A stretch of 64,000 nt of DNA from an uncultured Gemmatimonadales bacterium (GCA_963716255.1 OY970303.1:864001-928000), one strand, 5' to 3'; positions 1 through 10,200 are shown, counted from the first letter of the stretch. Notes: generated from the letters alone by a model not told the origin. Translations and numbers: made by a program.

Positions 1-40
1 GGGTGAGGGGGCCCACCTCGCGGACGCCAGCGCCAGCCCC

Positions 41-174
41 GCGTGAGGGATTACGGCCCGAAGGGGCGAGACCGCGCGGCTGTTTGCGCGGGCTCGACTC
101 CGTTACGCACAGTTTTATCGTGCGTTACGGAGCCGAAGCCCGACCCCGGCGCCAGCCGGGGGCACGCCCGAACC
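41..174. repeat. Family A structured intergenic repeat, copy 1 (~134 bp)
   Basis: GCGTGAGGGAT...GGCGAGAC...CTCCGTT...ACGGAGCCGAAGCCCGACCCCGGCGCCAGCCGGGGGCACGCCCGAACC recurs 7 times in the window. Confidence 0.9.
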
Positions 175-189
175 CGCCGTTCAATGCTG

Positions 190-1197
190 TTACAGCGCCA
201 CCTCGCGCCGCTCCTCCGCGGACCGGTACGCCGCGGCGAGGATCCTCATGAGCGCCACGTGCTCGCGCGGAAGCTCTGCTTCGCGCTCGCCGCGGACCAC
301 GTCCACGAAGAACTGCAGCTCCTGCCGGTACGAGGCGGTGAAGATGTTTTCCCGGCCGGGCGGGAGCGGCGGGGTGACGTTCACCAGCCCGCTCTCCATC
401 TCCTTGAAGACGGCGAGCGGGGCGAGCGAGCCGGAGCCCTCCGCGGCCATCAGGTGCAGGAACTGGCGGTCGCGCTCGGCGCGCAGGTTGGAGGTGACCT
501 CCAGCCCCACCGTGCGGTCGCCGCGCAGCCGCAGCATCAGCGCGGCCGACTCCTCCACCTCGGAGTCAGGCTCGCGGTGGGTGTGCGCGGTGACGCGCTC
601 GGCCTCGGGGTAGTCGAGGAGCCAGAGGGCCAGGTCCAGCATCTGCACGCCCAGGTCCATGAGCGCCCCCCCGCCCTGCTCGCGCCGCTGCCGCCAGCTC
701 CGGCGGGCCCGTGCGGTGCCGCGGTTCAGCCACCCGGCCTTGAGGTAGAACACCTCGCCCAGCTCGCCGCCGGAAACGAAGGTCTTGAGCGCGACCGCGT
801 CCGGCCGGAAGCGCTGGTTCATGGCCACCTGGAGCCGCCCGTCGGCGCCCTCCTGCGCCAGGATGCGCTCCACCCCCTCGGCGGTGAGCGCCAGCGGCTT
901 CTCGCAGAGCACGTACTTGCCGGCCTGGAGCGCCTGCACCACGTGCTCCTCGTGCAGGTGGCTGGGGGTGCAGATCACCACCGCCTGGATGGACTCGTCC
1001 ATCCACACCTGCTCCTGGGTGAGCGCGGTGGTCACGCCGAAGCGCCCGGAGATGGCGCGCGCCTTGGCGCGGTCGGTGTCCACCACGGCGGCCAGCTCCA
1101 CCCCGCGCATGCGGTGGAGGATGGGGAGGTGCACCACCTGGGCGATCTTTCCGGTGCCGAGCACGGCGACGCGCACCGGGGGATGGTTGGGGCTCAT
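190..1197 (-). CDS. Gfo/Idh/MocA family oxidoreductase
   Basis: VAVLGTGKIA Rossmann start, CEKPLA motif, GGGALMDLGV; start placed at ATG 1197, overlapping the upstream stop. Confidence 0.85.
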   Translation of the reverse strand: MSPNHPPVRVAVLGTGKIAQVVHLPILHRMRGVELAAVVDTDRAKARAISGRFGVTTALTQEQVWMDESIQAVVICTPSHLHEEHVVQALQAGKYVLCEKPLALTAEGVERILAQEGADGRLQVAMNQRFRPDAVALKTFVSGGELGEVFYLKAGWLNRGTARARRSWRQRREQGGGALMDLGVQMLDLALWLLDYPEAERVTAHTHREPDSEVEESAALMLRLRGDRTVGLEVTSNLRAERDRQFLHLMAAEGSGSLAPLAVFKEMESGLVNVTPPLPPGRENIFTASYRQELQFFVDVVRGEREAELPREHVALMRILAAAYRSAEERREVAL

Positions 1198-1868
1198 CGG
1201 GTGCCTCCGCGGGCCGGGGTGCGTGCGGCGGGGCTCGCCGGGAAGAGCCAGCTCCCCCCGGCGCTCACCCCCAGGTAGCGGACGTCGCTGGAAAGGGTCC
1301 CCCGCGCCTCGGCGAAGATCCGCAGCGCGCCGCCGAGCGGGAGCTCCACCCCGCCCACCAGGTCCACGCCGGGGGCGATGGCGTCCAGCAGGTCTTCCAC
1401 GAAGGTGCCGTTGATCAGGTCGCCGCGCCCGTTCAGGAGGTGGAGCGAGGCCCCCAGGCCGGCGTACGGCGTCGCCACCAGGCCGGTCTGGAAGGTGTAG
1501 TGCGCGTCGGCGCCCAGGGTGAGGTCGCTGACGCGGATCTCGCCCAGCTCGGACAGGCAGTCGGTGCCGTCGTCGCGGCACAGCCCGAGCAGGTTCTCGC
1601 GCAGCTCGCTCACCTGCTCGCCGCGCAGCTGCGACGACCAGAACGAGGCCCGCGGGACGATGCGCACCTGAGGCCCCAGGAAGCCCAGGTCGGCGCGGAT
1701 GCCGAAGGCGAGGGTGGGCTCCACGCGGGCCGGCCAGAGGTGGCCCAGCTCGAGTCCCACGCCGCGGAACTCCAGGTTCTCGTAGTCGTAGTCCTCCAGG
1801 CTCTGCGCCCCGAGCGGGGCGGCCGGGGCGAGGAGGACGAGCAGTGCGGGCAGCAGGAATCGGCGCAT
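1194..1868 (-). CDS. Secreted outer-membrane beta-barrel-like protein
   Basis: Signal peptide MRRFLLPALLVLLAPAAPLGA; alternating beta-strand patterns such as PYAGLGASLH. Confidence 0.6.
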   Translation of the reverse strand: MRRFLLPALLVLLAPAAPLGAQSLEDYDYENLEFRGVGLELGHLWPARVEPTLAFGIRADLGFLGPQVRIVPRASFWSSQLRGEQVSELRENLLGLCRDDGTDCLSELGEIRVSDLTLGADAHYTFQTGLVATPYAGLGASLHLLNGRGDLINGTFVEDLLDAIAPGVDLVGGVELPLGGALRIFAEARGTLSSDVRYLGVSAGGSWLFPASPAARTPARGGTR

Positions 1869-1903
1869 CTTCGCTCGGTCGAGGGTAGATCCGGGGGCGC
1901 GGG

Positions 1904-3277
1904 TCAGTACAGGTCGCGGAGCCGCGTTCCCGGGTAGTAGGCCGCCAGGATGGTGCGGTAGTCCTGCCCGGCGCGGGCGCGGCCCATGGCCCCCACCTGG
2001 CACATCCCGATGCCGTGCCCCCAGCCGCCGCCGCTCGCGACCACTTCGGTGGCGCGCCCGTCGGCGCCGCGGAGCACTTCCACGTCGAACTTGGAGCTGT
2101 TGAGCGCGGCGCCGGCCGGGGTGAGCAGGATCCAGCGGACGCGGTCCCTGCCCACCGTGAAGCTCCCGCCGGTGGTCTCGATGCGCATGGCCCGCACCCG
2201 CCCGGAGGGGGTGCGCTCCAGCACGCGCATGTCGCGCAGCTGCCCCACGGCGCCCCCGCCGCGCACGGAGTCGCGCAGCGTGCGGCCCAGGATGGTGTTG
2301 ATCTGCTCGGCGGACCAGCGCTGCGTCCAGCGGAAGCGGCTGGAGGAGCGGTCGAAGGCCTCGCCGCTGGCCGGGTCCACGTCGCGCACGGAGACCAGGT
2401 AGGGGACGGGGCGCTCGTTCCACACCTCGTCGATGGCGGCGGTCTGGCCGGCGCAGGTGGAGTGGTAGTACGCCTCGATGGGGCGCCCGTCGAAGGAAAG
2501 GATCTCGCCGGCGGTGGAGCGGACGGCCTGGGTGACGGGGTCGTGCTCGTCGCCGGCGCCGCCGTACACCTGGTCCGCCACCGTGGCGTACACGTCGAAT
2601 CCCAGGTCACGGCGGCGGCCCAGGTACTTGACCGCGTAGGTGCGCGCGGCCACCGCCTGGGCCCGGGCTGCCTCCAGCAGCTCCGGCCCCACCTTGCCGA
2701 TCTCCCGCGGGACGACGCCCAGCAGGTACGTTTCCATGTCGACCACGTTGACGGCGGTCACCCGGCCCCCGGGGCGCGCCTGCACGAGGGCGTCGCCGCG
2801 GTACGGCCGCCCGCCCAGGGAGAGCAGCCCGCCCCCGACGGCGCGGAACACCAGCGGCCCCTGGCCCGACGCGACCTGGGCGCCGGTGGATCCCACCACG
2901 CGCAGCGTCCCCCCGGCGCCGGAGGTGACCACGAGCCGCTCGCCCGCGAGGGCACGGCCCAGCGGGCGGTCGCCCCCGGCGCCGGTGATCTCCAGCCCGG
3001 AGGTGGAGGCGATCTCCACGCGCGGGGTGTCCACCAGGATCCCCACGCGCACCGGCGGCGACGAATCGATCTCGTCCACCTCCACCACGGGCGCGGCGGG
3101 CGGCTCGGCCGGGATGACGATGGCCGGCGGCGCGGCGGGAGGCGGCGCGGGCGCGGGTGCGGGTGCCGGCCGCGCCACCGGGACGCAGGCGCCCAGGGCG
3201 AGCGCGGCGGCCGCGAGCGGGCTACGCCAGCGCGGCACGAAGCGCCTCCCGGGCGCGGCCGATGGTCTCCTCGACAT
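1904..3277 (-). CDS. SpoIID/LytB domain lipoprotein (lytic transglycosylase-like)
   Basis: [35 protein letters not shown]; lipobox LALGAC; start uncertain. Confidence 0.85.
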   Translation of the reverse strand: MSRRPSAAPGRRFVPRWRSPLAAAALALGACVPVARPAPAPAPAPPPAAPPAIVIPAEPPAAPVVEVDEIDSSPPVRVGILVDTPRVEIASTSGLEITGAGGDRPLGRALAGERLVVTSGAGGTLRVVGSTGAQVASGQGPLVFRAVGGGLLSLGGRPYRGDALVQARPGGRVTAVNVVDMETYLLGVVPREIGKVGPELLEAARAQAVAARTYAVKYLGRRRDLGFDVYATVADQVYGGAGDEHDPVTQAVRSTAGEILSFDGRPIEAYYHSTCAGQTAAIDEVWNERPVPYLVSVRDVDPASGEAFDRSSSRFRWTQRWSAEQINTILGRTLRDSVRGGGAVGQLRDMRVLERTPSGRVRAMRIETTGGSFTVGRDRVRWILLTPAGAALNSSKFDVEVLRGADGRATEVVASGGGWGHGIGMCQVGAMGRARAGQDYRTILAAYYPGTRLRDLY

Positions 3278-4562
3278 CCGATTCGGTGTGCGCGGTGGAA
3301 AGGAAGCCTGCCTCGAAGGCGGAGGGTGCAAAGAACACTCCGCGCTCCAGGCACTCGTGGAAGTAGCGGCGGAAGAGGGCGACGTCGGTGCGCCTGGCGT
3401 CGGTGAAGTCGCGCACCGGGCCCTCGGCGAAGAAGGTCCCCCACATGGAGCCGAAGTGGCCGCCGGTGGCCGGAACGCCGGCTTCGGCGGCGTTGGCCAG
3501 GAGCCCCTCCACCAGCCGGGCGGTGCGGCGCTCCAGCTGCCCGTAGGGGTCCTGCTCGCGGAGCAGGCGGAGCTGCGCCAGCCCGGCAGCCATCGCCAGC
3601 GGGTTGCCGGACAGGGTGCCCGCCTGGTAGACGGGGCCCAGCGGGGCGACGTGCTCCATCACGTCGCGGCGGCCGCCGTACGCGCCCACCGGGAGCCCCC
3701 CGCCGATCACCTTGCCCAGCGTGGTCAGGTCGGGGCGCACGCCGAAGCGCTCCTGCGCCCCGCCGGGCGCGACGCGGAAGCCGGTCATCACCTCGTCGAA
3801 GACCAGGAGGGCGCCGTCCTCCTCGGTGATGCGGCGGAGCTCGGCGAGGAAGCCGTCCGCCGGGGCCAGGAAGCCGGCGTTGCCGACCACGGGCTCCAGG
3901 ATCACCGCGGCGATCCGCCCCGGGTGGGCGCGGAAGGCTTCCGCGACTGCCTGCGCGTCGTTGTAGGGCGCGGTGAGGGTGAGCCGCGACAGCTCCTCGG
4001 GGACGCCGGGGGAGTTGGGGAGCCCCAGGGTGGCGACGCCGGAGCCTGCCTTGACCAGGAAGGAGTCGCCGTGCCCGTGGTAGCACCCCTCGAACTTGAG
4101 GATCATGGGGCGGCCGGTGAAGCCGCGAGCCAGCCGCACCGCGGACATGGTGGCCTCGGTGCCGCTGTTGACGAAGCGCACGCGCTCCATGGACGGCACG
4201 AAGTCGCGCACCAGCTCGGCGAGCTCCACCTCGGCGGGGGTGGGCGCCCCGTACGAGGTGCCGCGGAGCGCGGCGTCGCGCACCGCGTCCACCAGCGCCG
4301 GGTGCGCGTGCCCGAAGACCAGCGGCCCCCAGGAGAGCACGTAGTCCAGGTATTCGTTGCCGTCCACGTCCCAGATGCGCGCCCCCTCGCCGCGCGCCAC
4401 GAAGAACGGCTCCCCGCCCACCGCGCTGAAGGCGCGGACCGGCGAGTTCACCCCGCCGGGGGTGACTTCCAGGGCGCGCCGGAACCACTCCCGCGACCGG
4501 TCGCGGGGCCGTCCGGACGCGCTGGCCGCGTTCTTGCCAATTCCGGGTTCAGTATCGCTCAT
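3222..4562 (-). CDS. hemL: Glutamate-1-semialdehyde 2,1-aminomutase
   Basis: [46 protein letters not shown]. Confidence 0.95.
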   Translation of the reverse strand: MSDTEPGIGKNAASASGRPRDRSREWFRRALEVTPGGVNSPVRAFSAVGGEPFFVARGEGARIWDVDGNEYLDYVLSWGPLVFGHAHPALVDAVRDAALRGTSYGAPTPAEVELAELVRDFVPSMERVRFVNSGTEATMSAVRLARGFTGRPMILKFEGCYHGHGDSFLVKAGSGVATLGLPNSPGVPEELSRLTLTAPYNDAQAVAEAFRAHPGRIAAVILEPVVGNAGFLAPADGFLAELRRITEEDGALLVFDEVMTGFRVAPGGAQERFGVRPDLTTLGKVIGGGLPVGAYGGRRDVMEHVAPLGPVYQAGTLSGNPLAMAAGLAQLRLLREQDPYGQLERRTARLVEGLLANAAEAGVPATGGHFGSMWGTFFAEGPVRDFTDARRTDVALFRRYFHECLERGVFFAPSAFEAGFLSTAHTESDVEETIGRAREALRAALA

Positions 4563-4585
4563 CAAACTCAACTGGAGATCAAGGA

Positions 4586-4783
4586 ATGTCCAAGCGACTG
4601 CTTGCCGTGCTCGCCGCCATCACCATCTCGGGGACCGCCGCCGCCTGCGACGACAACGCCGAGGACCACGCCCAGGAGGCGGTGGAAGAGGCCCGCGAGG
4701 GCGACACCGAGAACGCCGCCGAGTCGGCCCAGGACGCCCGCGAGGACCTCGCGCAGGGCGACACCACCGAGGGCATCAACTAG
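4586..4783 (+). CDS. Small acidic lipoprotein (65 aa)
   Basis: GGAG RBS, signal peptide ending AAAC, acidic helical body, GC-biased codons. Confidence 0.65.
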   Translation: MSKRLLAVLAAITISGTAAACDDNAEDHAQEAVEEAREGDTENAAESAQDAREDLAQGDTTEGIN

Positions 4784-4858
4784 CCCCTGCCGCACCCGCC
4801 GGACCTCAGCCCTCCCCCGGCTCGCCGGGGGAGGGCTGTTTGCATCGGCACCTGCCCC

Positions 4859-4908
4859 CACCCGGCTCGCTTGAGGCTCGCCACCCTCCCCCAAACCTGG
4901 GGGAGGGC
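4859..4908. repeat. Family C REP-like palindromic repeat
   Basis: CACCCGGCTCGCTTGAGGCTCGCCACCCTC plus CCCTCCCCCA/TGGGGGAGGG hairpin; near-identical at 10074-10121, related at ~19898, ~29101 and ~38240. Confidence 0.75.
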
Positions 4909-4917
4909 TTCCCGCAG

Positions 4918-5076
4918 TTCGCAGTTCCGCAGTACCCCCCGAATCCGTTGCGGAGGGAGACGGCCGGGCAGTTTCGGCTGGCTCACTCCGGCGGAGCGAG
5001 ACACGGGGCCGTTTCCGTGGCTCGCGGAGCCCGCGCAGGAGACGGACGGCTGTATCGTCCGGCTCCGGAGCGGCCC
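4918..5076. repeat. Family B structured repeat, copy 1 (~160 bp, three GAGAC..GGCTC hairpins)
   Basis: TTCGCRGTTCCGCAGTACCC start shared with 25141-25299 and the reverse copy at 40520-40680. Confidence 0.85.
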
Positions 5077-5093
5077 CACGCGACGAACCGGCC

Positions 5094-5597
5094 CTACGAC
5101 CTGAAGTTGCCGAACTGCAGCTCCAGCCCGAAGTCCTCCTTCTTGAGCATCGCGATCACGCCCTGCAGCTCGTCGATGGAGGGCGACTGCACGCGCACCT
5201 CGTCCTCCTGGATCTGCGCCTGCACCTTCTTGAACCCCGCGGCCTTGATCGCCTTGACGATCTCCTTGGCCTTGTCGGTGGGGATCCCCTGGAGCAGCGT
5301 GACGCTCTGCCGCGACTTGCCGCCGAACGCCTGCTCCACGGTGCCGTAGTCCAGGTTGCGGATGGGCACGCCGCGCTTGATCAGCTTGGACTGGAGCACG
5401 TCGATCAGCGCCGTGAGCTTGTAGTCGTCGTCGGCGAGGAGCTTGAAGACGCCTTCCTTGGCGTCGAAGTCGATGTCGGCGGTGACGCCCTTGAAGTCGT
5501 ACCGCTGCGCGACCTCCTTCCTGGCCTGGTTCACCGCGTTGTCGACCTCCTGAAGGTCGACCTTGGACGTGATGTCGAATGTGGAGTTCTTTGCCAT
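5094..5597 (-). CDS. yajQ: YajQ family nucleotide/c-di-GMP-binding protein
   Basis: FDITSKVDLQEVDNAVNQ, RYDFKG, KVQAQIQ, LQFGNFR. Confidence 0.92.
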   Translation of the reverse strand: MAKNSTFDITSKVDLQEVDNAVNQARKEVAQRYDFKGVTADIDFDAKEGVFKLLADDDYKLTALIDVLQSKLIKRGVPIRNLDYGTVEQAFGGKSRQSVTLLQGIPTDKAKEIVKAIKAAGFKKVQAQIQEDEVRVQSPSIDELQGVIAMLKKEDFGLELQFGNFRS

Positions 5598-5717
5598 TCC
5601 CGTGCGCGTTGGCCGTGGGTGGAGCGTCGGTCCGACGGCCGGAATCTACGCGGCGCGGCGCGCGGGGAGCAAGCCGGAAAGCGGACGGGCGGGCCGTTGG
5701 GCCCGCCCGTCGCGGCG

Positions 5718-6656
5718 TCACTGCTCGAAGACCTGGGCCCCTCGTGGGGGGCTGAAGGCGAAGAGCCCGTCCGGGAGCTGGACGTTCCGCCTGAGGTTGC
5801 GCAGCTCGATGCGCCGCACCGACTCGTTCTCCTCGGTCATCTCGAAGCGGCGCACGGAGTAGTCTTCCACGTCCACCCAGATGCGCAGGCGCCGCACGGG
5901 GGACTGCTGCTTGGGGACCAGGGTGAGGACGTGCGTCCGGTGCCCGTCCACCGTCTCGCTGCCGTCCAGCGTGCCATTGTAGCGCGCGGTGGGGTTGCTG
6001 AGGAACTGCTGGTGCAGGTCCACCTGCTGCGTCCCCTGGGCGATGGAGGTCTTCATCACCTGCTTGGGGTCGCTGCTGGGATAGTACATCCAGAAGCTGC
6101 GCCCGTCCGCCACGATCACGTCGCCGGCGGGGTCGGAGAACTTCATCAGGAAGCGGTCCGGCCGGCGCTGGTACAGCTTGCCGCTGCTCCGCTGGCTGGT
6201 GCCGAGCAGGGGGACGCGCAGGTCCTGCACGAAGTCCGCCTGCATGCTGCTCACGCCGGCGTAGGTGCGCTCCACGCGCTCCAGGATCTGTCCCGCCTCG
6301 ACGTCCGCGGGGGCCCGGGCGGAGCCGCGCGAGGCGGGCATCATCCCGGACCGGTCGGCGTCGGGAGCCGGAGCCGGCGTGCCGGACGCCGAAGCGGCCG
6401 CGGCGGAGCCGGGGGCCGCCGGGAGCGGCGCGGCGCCGGACCGCGGAGCACCCGCGGCGGCGGCACCGGCGCCGGGAGCGGGAAGCGCGCTCTCCAGCGC
6501 GGTCTCGCCCGCGGGAGCGGGAGCGGCGGCGCGCTGCTGCGCCGAGGGCGCGGAGGCGGGCGCGTCGCGGCGCACGTCCGCGGCCTCGGATCCGCCGCAG
6601 GCGGCGAGCGTCAGGGGCGCCACGAGGAAGCCGAACCGACGAAATCTCCTGTTCAT
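5718..6656 (-). CDS. lolA: Outer-membrane lipoprotein carrier LolA-like protein with N-terminal lipobox and Ala/Pro linker
   Basis: MQADFVQ, GKLYQRRPDRF, IVADGRSFWMYYP, FAFSPPRGA; lies downstream of ftsK. Confidence 0.8.
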   Translation of the reverse strand: MNRRFRRFGFLVAPLTLAACGGSEAADVRRDAPASAPSAQQRAAAPAPAGETALESALPAPGAGAAAAGAPRSGAAPLPAAPGSAAAASASGTPAPAPDADRSGMMPASRGSARAPADVEAGQILERVERTYAGVSSMQADFVQDLRVPLLGTSQRSSGKLYQRRPDRFLMKFSDPAGDVIVADGRSFWMYYPSSDPKQVMKTSIAQGTQQVDLHQQFLSNPTARYNGTLDGSETVDGHRTHVLTLVPKQQSPVRRLRIWVDVEDYSVRRFEMTEENESVRRIELRNLRRNVQLPDGLFAFSPPRGAQVFEQ

Positions 6657-6747
6657 CCCCTTCTCTGCACTCGGGTACGCGGGTCCGCGGCGGACCCCGC
6701 CGTCGGGAGCGTAGGGTACCCGCCGGACTACACGTGGTTCCTGGAAA

Positions 6748-6785
6748 CGGAGCAGCCGCGGGCGATGTCGCCCGCGGCTGCTCCG
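6748..6785 (-). terminator. 38-bp hairpin, probable terminator of the 142-aa ORF; duplicate of 7441-7478
   Basis: CGGAGCAGCCGCGGGCGA-TG-TCGCCCGCGGCTGCTCCG followed by TTTCC on the minus strand. Confidence 0.6.
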
Positions 6786-6816
6786 TCCTTGCCGCCGCCC
6801 GTGCCCGGCCGCGGCG

Positions 6817-7245
6817 CTACGACCGGCTGCAGAACGCGTCCCACACGGTCCAGTAGTTGGCGTCCGTCCCGTCCGGGTTGGAAACGATCCCCACCATCGC
6901 CGCGCAGTTGGAGTTGCAGCCGATGTTGGGCTTGCTTCCCGACTGCGGGGTGAGCCGCTTGGAGCCGAACTTGGGGCCCGAGGCGATCACCGCCACGTTG
7001 AAGAGCCCCGACAGGTTCGGCGTCTGCAGGATCTGCTGGGGGTTGGCCGAGGTGATGACGCCGGTCCAGTTGCCGTCCTGCTGCTCGAGCCGCACCTCCC
7101 ACTTCGTGACGTTTTCCTCGGTGTTGTTCTGCGGCGAGATGTACGCCCAGAACTGGGCCCCTCCGCCCAACGATCCCTCGACCTGGCCCTTGATCTCGGA
7201 GATGTTGTCGCCCAGCTGCGAGAGATCGGCGTCCGGTGTGCTCAT
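6817..7245 (-). CDS. Hypothetical protein (142 aa, Asn/Ser/Gly-rich, CNSNC motif)
   Basis: ATG at 7245 with GGGAGG RBS; protein-like composition unlike the surrounding shadow ORFs. Confidence 0.75.
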   Translation of the reverse strand: MSTPDADLSQLGDNISEIKGQVEGSLGGGAQFWAYISPQNNTEENVTKWEVRLEQQDGNWTGVITSANPQQILQTPNLSGLFNVAVIASGPKFGSKRLTPQSGSKPNIGCNSNCAAMVGIVSNPDGTDANYWTVWDAFCSRS

Positions 7246-7440
7246 TCTGCGCCTCCCTGCGAGGGTGGACCGTCGTTCCATCGGTTGCGTGCCCGGCAGC
7301 CCTGCCCGGAGGAGGGACGCCCCTCGCCGGGTCCGGACTCCAGGGCACGCGAATACAATAAGGGGAAACAAAAAGAGCGCAACATTGTCGTCAAAGCTGC
7401 CCGCGGAGCGGCGCGCCGGCTCGCATGCGGGTTCCGGAAA

Positions 7441-7478
7441 CGGAACAGCCGCGGGCGACGTCGCCCGCGGCTGTTCCG
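7441..7478 (-). terminator. Perfect 38-bp palindrome directly after the ftsK stop
   Basis: CGGAACAGCCGCGGGCGAC|GTCGCCCGCGGCTGTTCCG followed by TTTCC on the minus strand. Confidence 0.65.
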
Positions 7479-7487
7479 GTGTTCTCG

Positions 7488-9911
7488 CTACTCGCAGATC
7501 TGGTCCAGCTGCACGTGGTCCATCAGCACCTCGCGCGGCTTGGAGCCGTCGGGCGGCCCCAGCACCCCGGCGAAGTGGAGCTGGTCGATGACCCGCGCCG
7601 CGCGCCCATAGCCGATGCGAAGCCGCCGCTGCAGCAGCGAGGTGGAGCCGCCCTGGTGCTGGATGCACAGCTCCGCGGCCTCGCGGAACAGCGTGTCGCG
7701 GTCGCCCATGGCCTCTTCCTCCGCCTCGCCCGAGCCGTCGTCCTCCTGCGAGCGGACCTGGTCCAGGATGTTGGCCTCGCCGCGCGTCTCCTCGTCCGGG
7801 TCGCGCCCCTCGGCGATGGCCTGCTCGCGGCGCAGGCGCTTCTGCTCGCGGTACCAGTTCATCAGCCCCTCCGTCTCCTCGGTGGAGAGGTAGGCTCCCT
7901 GGATGCGCACCGGCTCGCTGCTGGCGGGCGGGAGGAGGAGCAGGTCGCCGTTGCCGAGCAGGTTGTCGGCGCCGTTCTGGTCCAGGATGGTGCGCGAGTC
8001 CACCTTGGACGACACGCGGAAGGCGATGCGGCTGGGGAAGTTGGCCTTGATCAGGCCGGTGATGACGTTCACCGACGGCCGCTGCGTCGCCAGGATCAGG
8101 TGGATGCCGATGGCGCGCGCCTTCTGGGCGAGGAGCGCGAGCGGCTTCTCCACGTCGCCCTGGCAGGTCATCATCAGGTCCGCCAGCTCGTCGATGATGA
8201 CCACGATGAACGGGAGCGGTCCGCCGCGGTACATCCAGCGGTCCGGATCGCCCTCTTCGCCCTGCGCTTCCGGGGAGCGGACCGTCTGCCCGCTTTCCAC
8301 GCGGCGGTTGAAGTCCTGGAGGTTGCGGACGCCGTTGACGCTCAGCAGCTCGTAGCGCCGCTCCATCTCCAGTACGGCCCACTTGAGCACCGTGGCCGCG
8401 TCGTTGTTGTCGGTGACGACGGGGTGCCGCAGGTGGGGGAGGTCGTTGTAGATGGACAGCTCCACCATCTTGGGGTCCACCATCAGGAAGCGCAGCGTAC
8501 GCGGCGAGTGCCGGTAGATGAGCGAGGTGATGATGGTGTTGACGCACACCGACTTCCCCGCGCCGGTGGCGCCGGCGATGAGCAGGTGGGGCATCTTCGC
8601 CAGGTCGGCCACGTAGGGCCGCCCGGCGATGTCCTTGCCCAGCGCGAGCGGGAGCTGCGCCTTGGTGCCGCGGTACTGCCCGGACTCGATCACCTCCCGG
8701 AAGAACACCATTTCCGGGGTGGGGTTGGGCACCTCCACGCCGACGGCGCCGCGGCCCGGGATGGGCGCGACGATGCGGATGGACTGGGCGCGCATGGCGA
8801 GCGCCAGGTCGGCGTCCAGCGAAGCGATGCGGGCCACCTTGACCCCGGGGGCGGGCTCCACCTCGAACTGGGTGACCACCGGCCCGGCCGTCATCCCCAC
8901 CACCTTTCCCTCGATCTTGAAGGTGGCCAGCTTGTCCACCAGCACCTGCCCCAGCTGGTCCAGCTCGGCGCGGTTGCGGGCGTCGTCGCGCACGGGCGGC
9001 GAGGTGAGCATCCCCGTGGCCGGGAGGTCGCCGCTCAGCGGGTCGCCCGCGTCCAGCGGCATCAGCTCGGTCTGCTCGTCGGCGGCGGTCTTCGGCCTCT
9101 GCTGGGCCTTGGGCTTCGCGGCCTCCTTCACGGCCGCGCCCCTGCCCTGCGGCGCGGGCCGGGCGGGCGGGAACGGGTCGGTGTGGTCCGCTTCGTCGCC
9201 GAACGATGCGGGCTCCTCCGCCTCGTCGAGCGGCTCCGGCTCGCCCAGGTCTTCCGTCTCGTCGTCGTCCTCTTCGTCGTCGTCCCGCGCCTCGGCGGCG
9301 CGCCGCGGGAAGGTGGGGATGGCGGGGAGCGCGATGCGGCGCGGGAGGACCTCGGGGAGGGCGGAAACGGTGCGGCCGGCGTGGCTGAGCGCCAGCCGCC
9401 CGCCGCCCACCACGGTGCGCACCGGGTTCCAGCCGATGGTGGCGATGCACAGCGCGGCGAACAGCACCGCCAGCACCACCGACGAGCCCACGCCGCCCAG
9501 CAGCGTGACGAGCACGCCCCCCAGCGCCCGCCCGGTCCACCCGGCCGCGGTGGGATCGGCGCGCGTGGCGTCCGCCAGCACGAACGCCGCGGTGGCGAAC
9601 AGGATCGCGGAGCCGCCCAGGAGCACGCTCCAGCGGATGGCGGTGGCACGCTCGGCACGCCCCAGCACGACCGCGCCCCAGAGCGCCGGGAACGCCGGCA
9701 GCACCAGCGCGGGGAGCCCCAGCAGCGCGAACGCCCCGGCGAAGATGTAGCGTCCCAGCACCCCGACGATGTTGCCGGTGGCGAACCATCGCTCGCCTGT
9801 CTCGCCGAAGAGCGCGGGCGGGATGAAGCTGAGCGTGAGGAGGAGGGCCAGGGCCAGGAGCGCCAGGCCCCACAGGTCCCGGCGGTGCCGGTCGTCCAGG
9901 GAAAGCGACAT
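7488..9911 (-). CDS. ftsK: DNA translocase FtsK
   Basis: N-terminal TM segments, PHLLIAGATGAGKS, IIDELADLM, ATQRPS, gamma domain LQRRLRIGYGRAAR. Confidence 0.95.
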   Translation of the reverse strand: MSLSLDDRHRRDLWGLALLALALLLTLSFIPPALFGETGERWFATGNIVGVLGRYIFAGAFALLGLPALVLPAFPALWGAVVLGRAERATAIRWSVLLGGSAILFATAAFVLADATRADPTAAGWTGRALGGVLVTLLGGVGSSVVLAVLFAALCIATIGWNPVRTVVGGGRLALSHAGRTVSALPEVLPRRIALPAIPTFPRRAAEARDDDEEDDDETEDLGEPEPLDEAEEPASFGDEADHTDPFPPARPAPQGRGAAVKEAAKPKAQQRPKTAADEQTELMPLDAGDPLSGDLPATGMLTSPPVRDDARNRAELDQLGQVLVDKLATFKIEGKVVGMTAGPVVTQFEVEPAPGVKVARIASLDADLALAMRAQSIRIVAPIPGRGAVGVEVPNPTPEMVFFREVIESGQYRGTKAQLPLALGKDIAGRPYVADLAKMPHLLIAGATGAGKSVCVNTIITSLIYRHSPRTLRFLMVDPKMVELSIYNDLPHLRHPVVTDNNDAATVLKWAVLEMERRYELLSVNGVRNLQDFNRRVESGQTVRSPEAQGEEGDPDRWMYRGGPLPFIVVIIDELADLMMTCQGDVEKPLALLAQKARAIGIHLILATQRPSVNVITGLIKANFPSRIAFRVSSKVDSRTILDQNGADNLLGNGDLLLLPPASSEPVRIQGAYLSTEETEGLMNWYREQKRLRREQAIAEGRDPDEETRGEANILDQVRSQEDDGSGEAEEEAMGDRDTLFREAAELCIQHQGGSTSLLQRRLRIGYGRAARVIDQLHFAGVLGPPDGSKPREVLMDHVQLDQICE

Positions 9912-10073
9912 CTCGCGGTGCTTCGCTGCGGATGATGCGGGGGGAGGTGCGTCCGCACCCGGCGGTTGGCGGGGGATCGCGGCCGTGCCGGGGATGTGCG
10001 GGACGGCCACAAAGATACGCCGGGACGGCGCGGATGCCAACGGGGACGTGACGGAGCGCGCCGCGGCGGCCCT

Positions 10074-10200
10074 CACCCGGCTCGCTTGAGGCTCGCCACC
10101 CTCTCCCAACTCTGGGAGAGGGGGCAACTGCTGGACTCAGCGTGAGTTTCCCCTCCCTCGCCTGCGGGGGAGGGGTGGCGCGAAGCGCCGGGGTGGGGGG
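10074..10200. repeat. Family C REP-like palindrome cluster
   Basis: Same head as 4859; hairpins CCCTCTCCCA/TGGGAGAGGG and CCCCTCCCTCGC/GCGGGGGAGGGG. Confidence 0.7.

Noticed and set aside
3..251. Short recurrent ORFs such as MRDxGPKGRD... and ...GFGRAPGWRRGRASAP
   Set aside because: They are translations of the family A repeat; covariation preserves base pairing rather than codons.
6817..9873. 1018-aa ORF as a single protein
   Set aside because: Alternative frame over ftsK; only 6817-7245 has protein-like composition and an RBS.
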